A stretch of DNA of 64,000 nucleotides from Isurus oxyrinchus (taxonomy: Eukaryota): assembly GCA_026770705.1 (NCBI GenBank), contig JANJGN010000036.1:1116001-1180000 (forward strand), given 5' to 3'. The notes beneath the pieces were generated by a model that saw nothing but the letters and a program-made list of their open reading frames with translations, was not told where the DNA came from and ran no database searches. Position 1 is the stretch's first letter, and every line of letters starts with the position of its first letter. The translations under genes were made by a program, and so were the position numbers. Below are positions 62,801-64,000 of the stretch, in pieces.

Positions 62801-64000
62801 CCCCATCTCTACCCAACTTTCCTTCTCCCCCTCTCCACAGCTCTGTTCTGCCCTCTCTCTCTTATCTCCCATTTCTTCCTCACTCCCCAAATCTATCCAA
62901 TTCTCACTCCTCCCTCTCTCCCTCTCCCCCTCTCTCCCCAAACCTCCCTCTCTCGAACTCTCCCTCTCTCCCCTACCCCCATCTCTTCCGCTCTTTATCT
63001 ATCTGCCTATCTCTCGCTCTCTCAATCCCTCTCTCCATATCTCTCCCTCTCCTCCTCTATCCCCAACTCTCCCTCTCTCCACCATCCCTCCCTCTCTCCA
63101 CTATCTCCCCATTTACCCCTGCTCTCCCTCACATCTCCCTCTCTCTGCATTTCTCTTCGCTCCCTCTCTATGCCCCTCTCTCCTTTGCTTCCCCTCCTTC
63201 CACCTCGCAATTCTCTCCTGCTCTTCAAATTTTTCTCTCCGTATTTCTATCCTAGTTAAGCAGTTTTCTCTAAGTGACCTGATCCCTCGATCACTCTCTG
63301 TCCATCTGTCGGTGGCTTAATATTTCTTTGCTATTAAAACAGTGCTTTGTCTACCATTCCCTGTCATTCTCCTTCTATCTCTCTTCCGTTATCTCTTTGT
63401 TTGTACCATTTAAATATTGTTCAAGAAGATTGCTGCACTCCCTCTGTTGCTTCCTCTCTCTCTTTCAGTCCCTATAAACAAGGCTCTGTCTACCTCCCTT
63501 TCACACTTTCCCTCAGTGTCCTATTCAAACAGCCTTTTTAAAGATCTCAGCTCCATCGCTCTTGTTATTATTCTCCCTCTCTCTCACTCCATATTATATA
63601 TATATATTTTTTTTTTTTGTCCTGGTTAAACATTCATTTATAAGATCTCTGCTCTCTCTTCCATCCATCTCGCCATTTCTCTCTCTATCTCTTCCCCCTC
63701 TTTCTATCTCTTTCTGCTTCTGTCATGTTTCAACAATCTTCTAAAAGATCTGTGCTCTATTTCCGGATAATGAAATATGCAAAAATCTATTTCCGTCTCC
63801 ATTTGAAATCACATGTTCAGATTTCACACTTTCCCCCCAATTATTTAATTAATTTCATAAGCTTTCTTTGAAATGATAGTTTTTTTTTTGCAGATTCTCC
63901 GCTCTTAGCCACCTGCTGTTTCCTGCTTCTTGGAGGTTTGGCAGCAGCTGCGCTTCTACTTCTGGGGATGATCCTTGTTGCCAGGAAAAGGAGCTGCAGG
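59867..64000 (+). CDS. Gene B3: apparently intact VJ-C1-TM receptor (3' end beyond window)
   Basis: Leader 59867-59909 (MSFLAVCALSHLFQ, donor gtaaga); V+J 60914-61252 (..KLSC..FWSRQ..DTGMYYCAMNSHQNQNIIFGNGSQLVVT); C1 61355-61660 (PTIFLLTPP..LLCLIRG..W..DGTYTIRSY..W..CTC); TM from 63894 (DSPLLATCCFLLLGGLAAAALLLLGMILVARKRSCR). No stops in these exons. Confidence 0.85.
60914..61252 (+). CDS. B3 V-set exon with canonical FGxG J motif in the same exon
   Basis: Within ORF 60919..61671. YYC..FGNGSQLVV; acceptor actcag, donor gtaaat. Confidence 0.92.
61355..61660 (+). CDS. B3 C1-set exon
   Basis: Within ORF 60919..61671. Ig-light-chain/TCR-like C1 motifs. Confidence 0.9.
62300..63720 (+). repeat. 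CT-rich low-complexity tract in the B3 C1-TM intron
   Basis: Degenerate (TC)n/(TCCC)n. Confidence 0.9.

Larger units (their letters stand above)
50770..64000. repeat. Tandem segmental-duplication unit 3 (A3/B3; runs off the window)
   Basis: 50800-52850 matches 28400-30590, and 55800-64000 matches 33200-41405. It is more diverged than unit 1 is from unit 2. Confidence 0.9.

Overview
Vertebrate genomic DNA, most likely from a cartilaginous fish (shark). This is inferred from the repeat content: CR1 LINEs, an HE1-type SINE and Penelope-like terminal fragments. The whole window is a tandem array of ~22-28 kb cassettes (homologous starts at ~1, ~28394, ~50770). Each cassette carries non-rearranging, antigen-receptor-like Ig-superfamily genes built as leader / one germline-joined V+J exon / C1-set exon / TM exon with a juxtamembrane Cys / short cytoplasmic exons ending in a YxxL/M (ITIM/ITSM-like) motif. 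A cassette has a minus-strand 'A' gene head-to-head (~2.5 kb ATG to ATG) with a plus-strand 'B' gene, followed by a B-related 'C' gene. Nine copies are visible. One A copy (30447-34783, 8 exons, 342 aa by manual splicing) is intact, and one B copy (59867 to window end) is intact as far as it can be seen; the other seven are disabled or deleted. The closest described family I know is PRARP / VJ-C1 non-rearranging receptors, but no homology search could be run. The rest is CR1, Vingi-like and Penelope-like elements, SINEs, CT-rich tracts and four N gaps. Gene names A/B/C are my labels, and exon coordinates were derived by hand.
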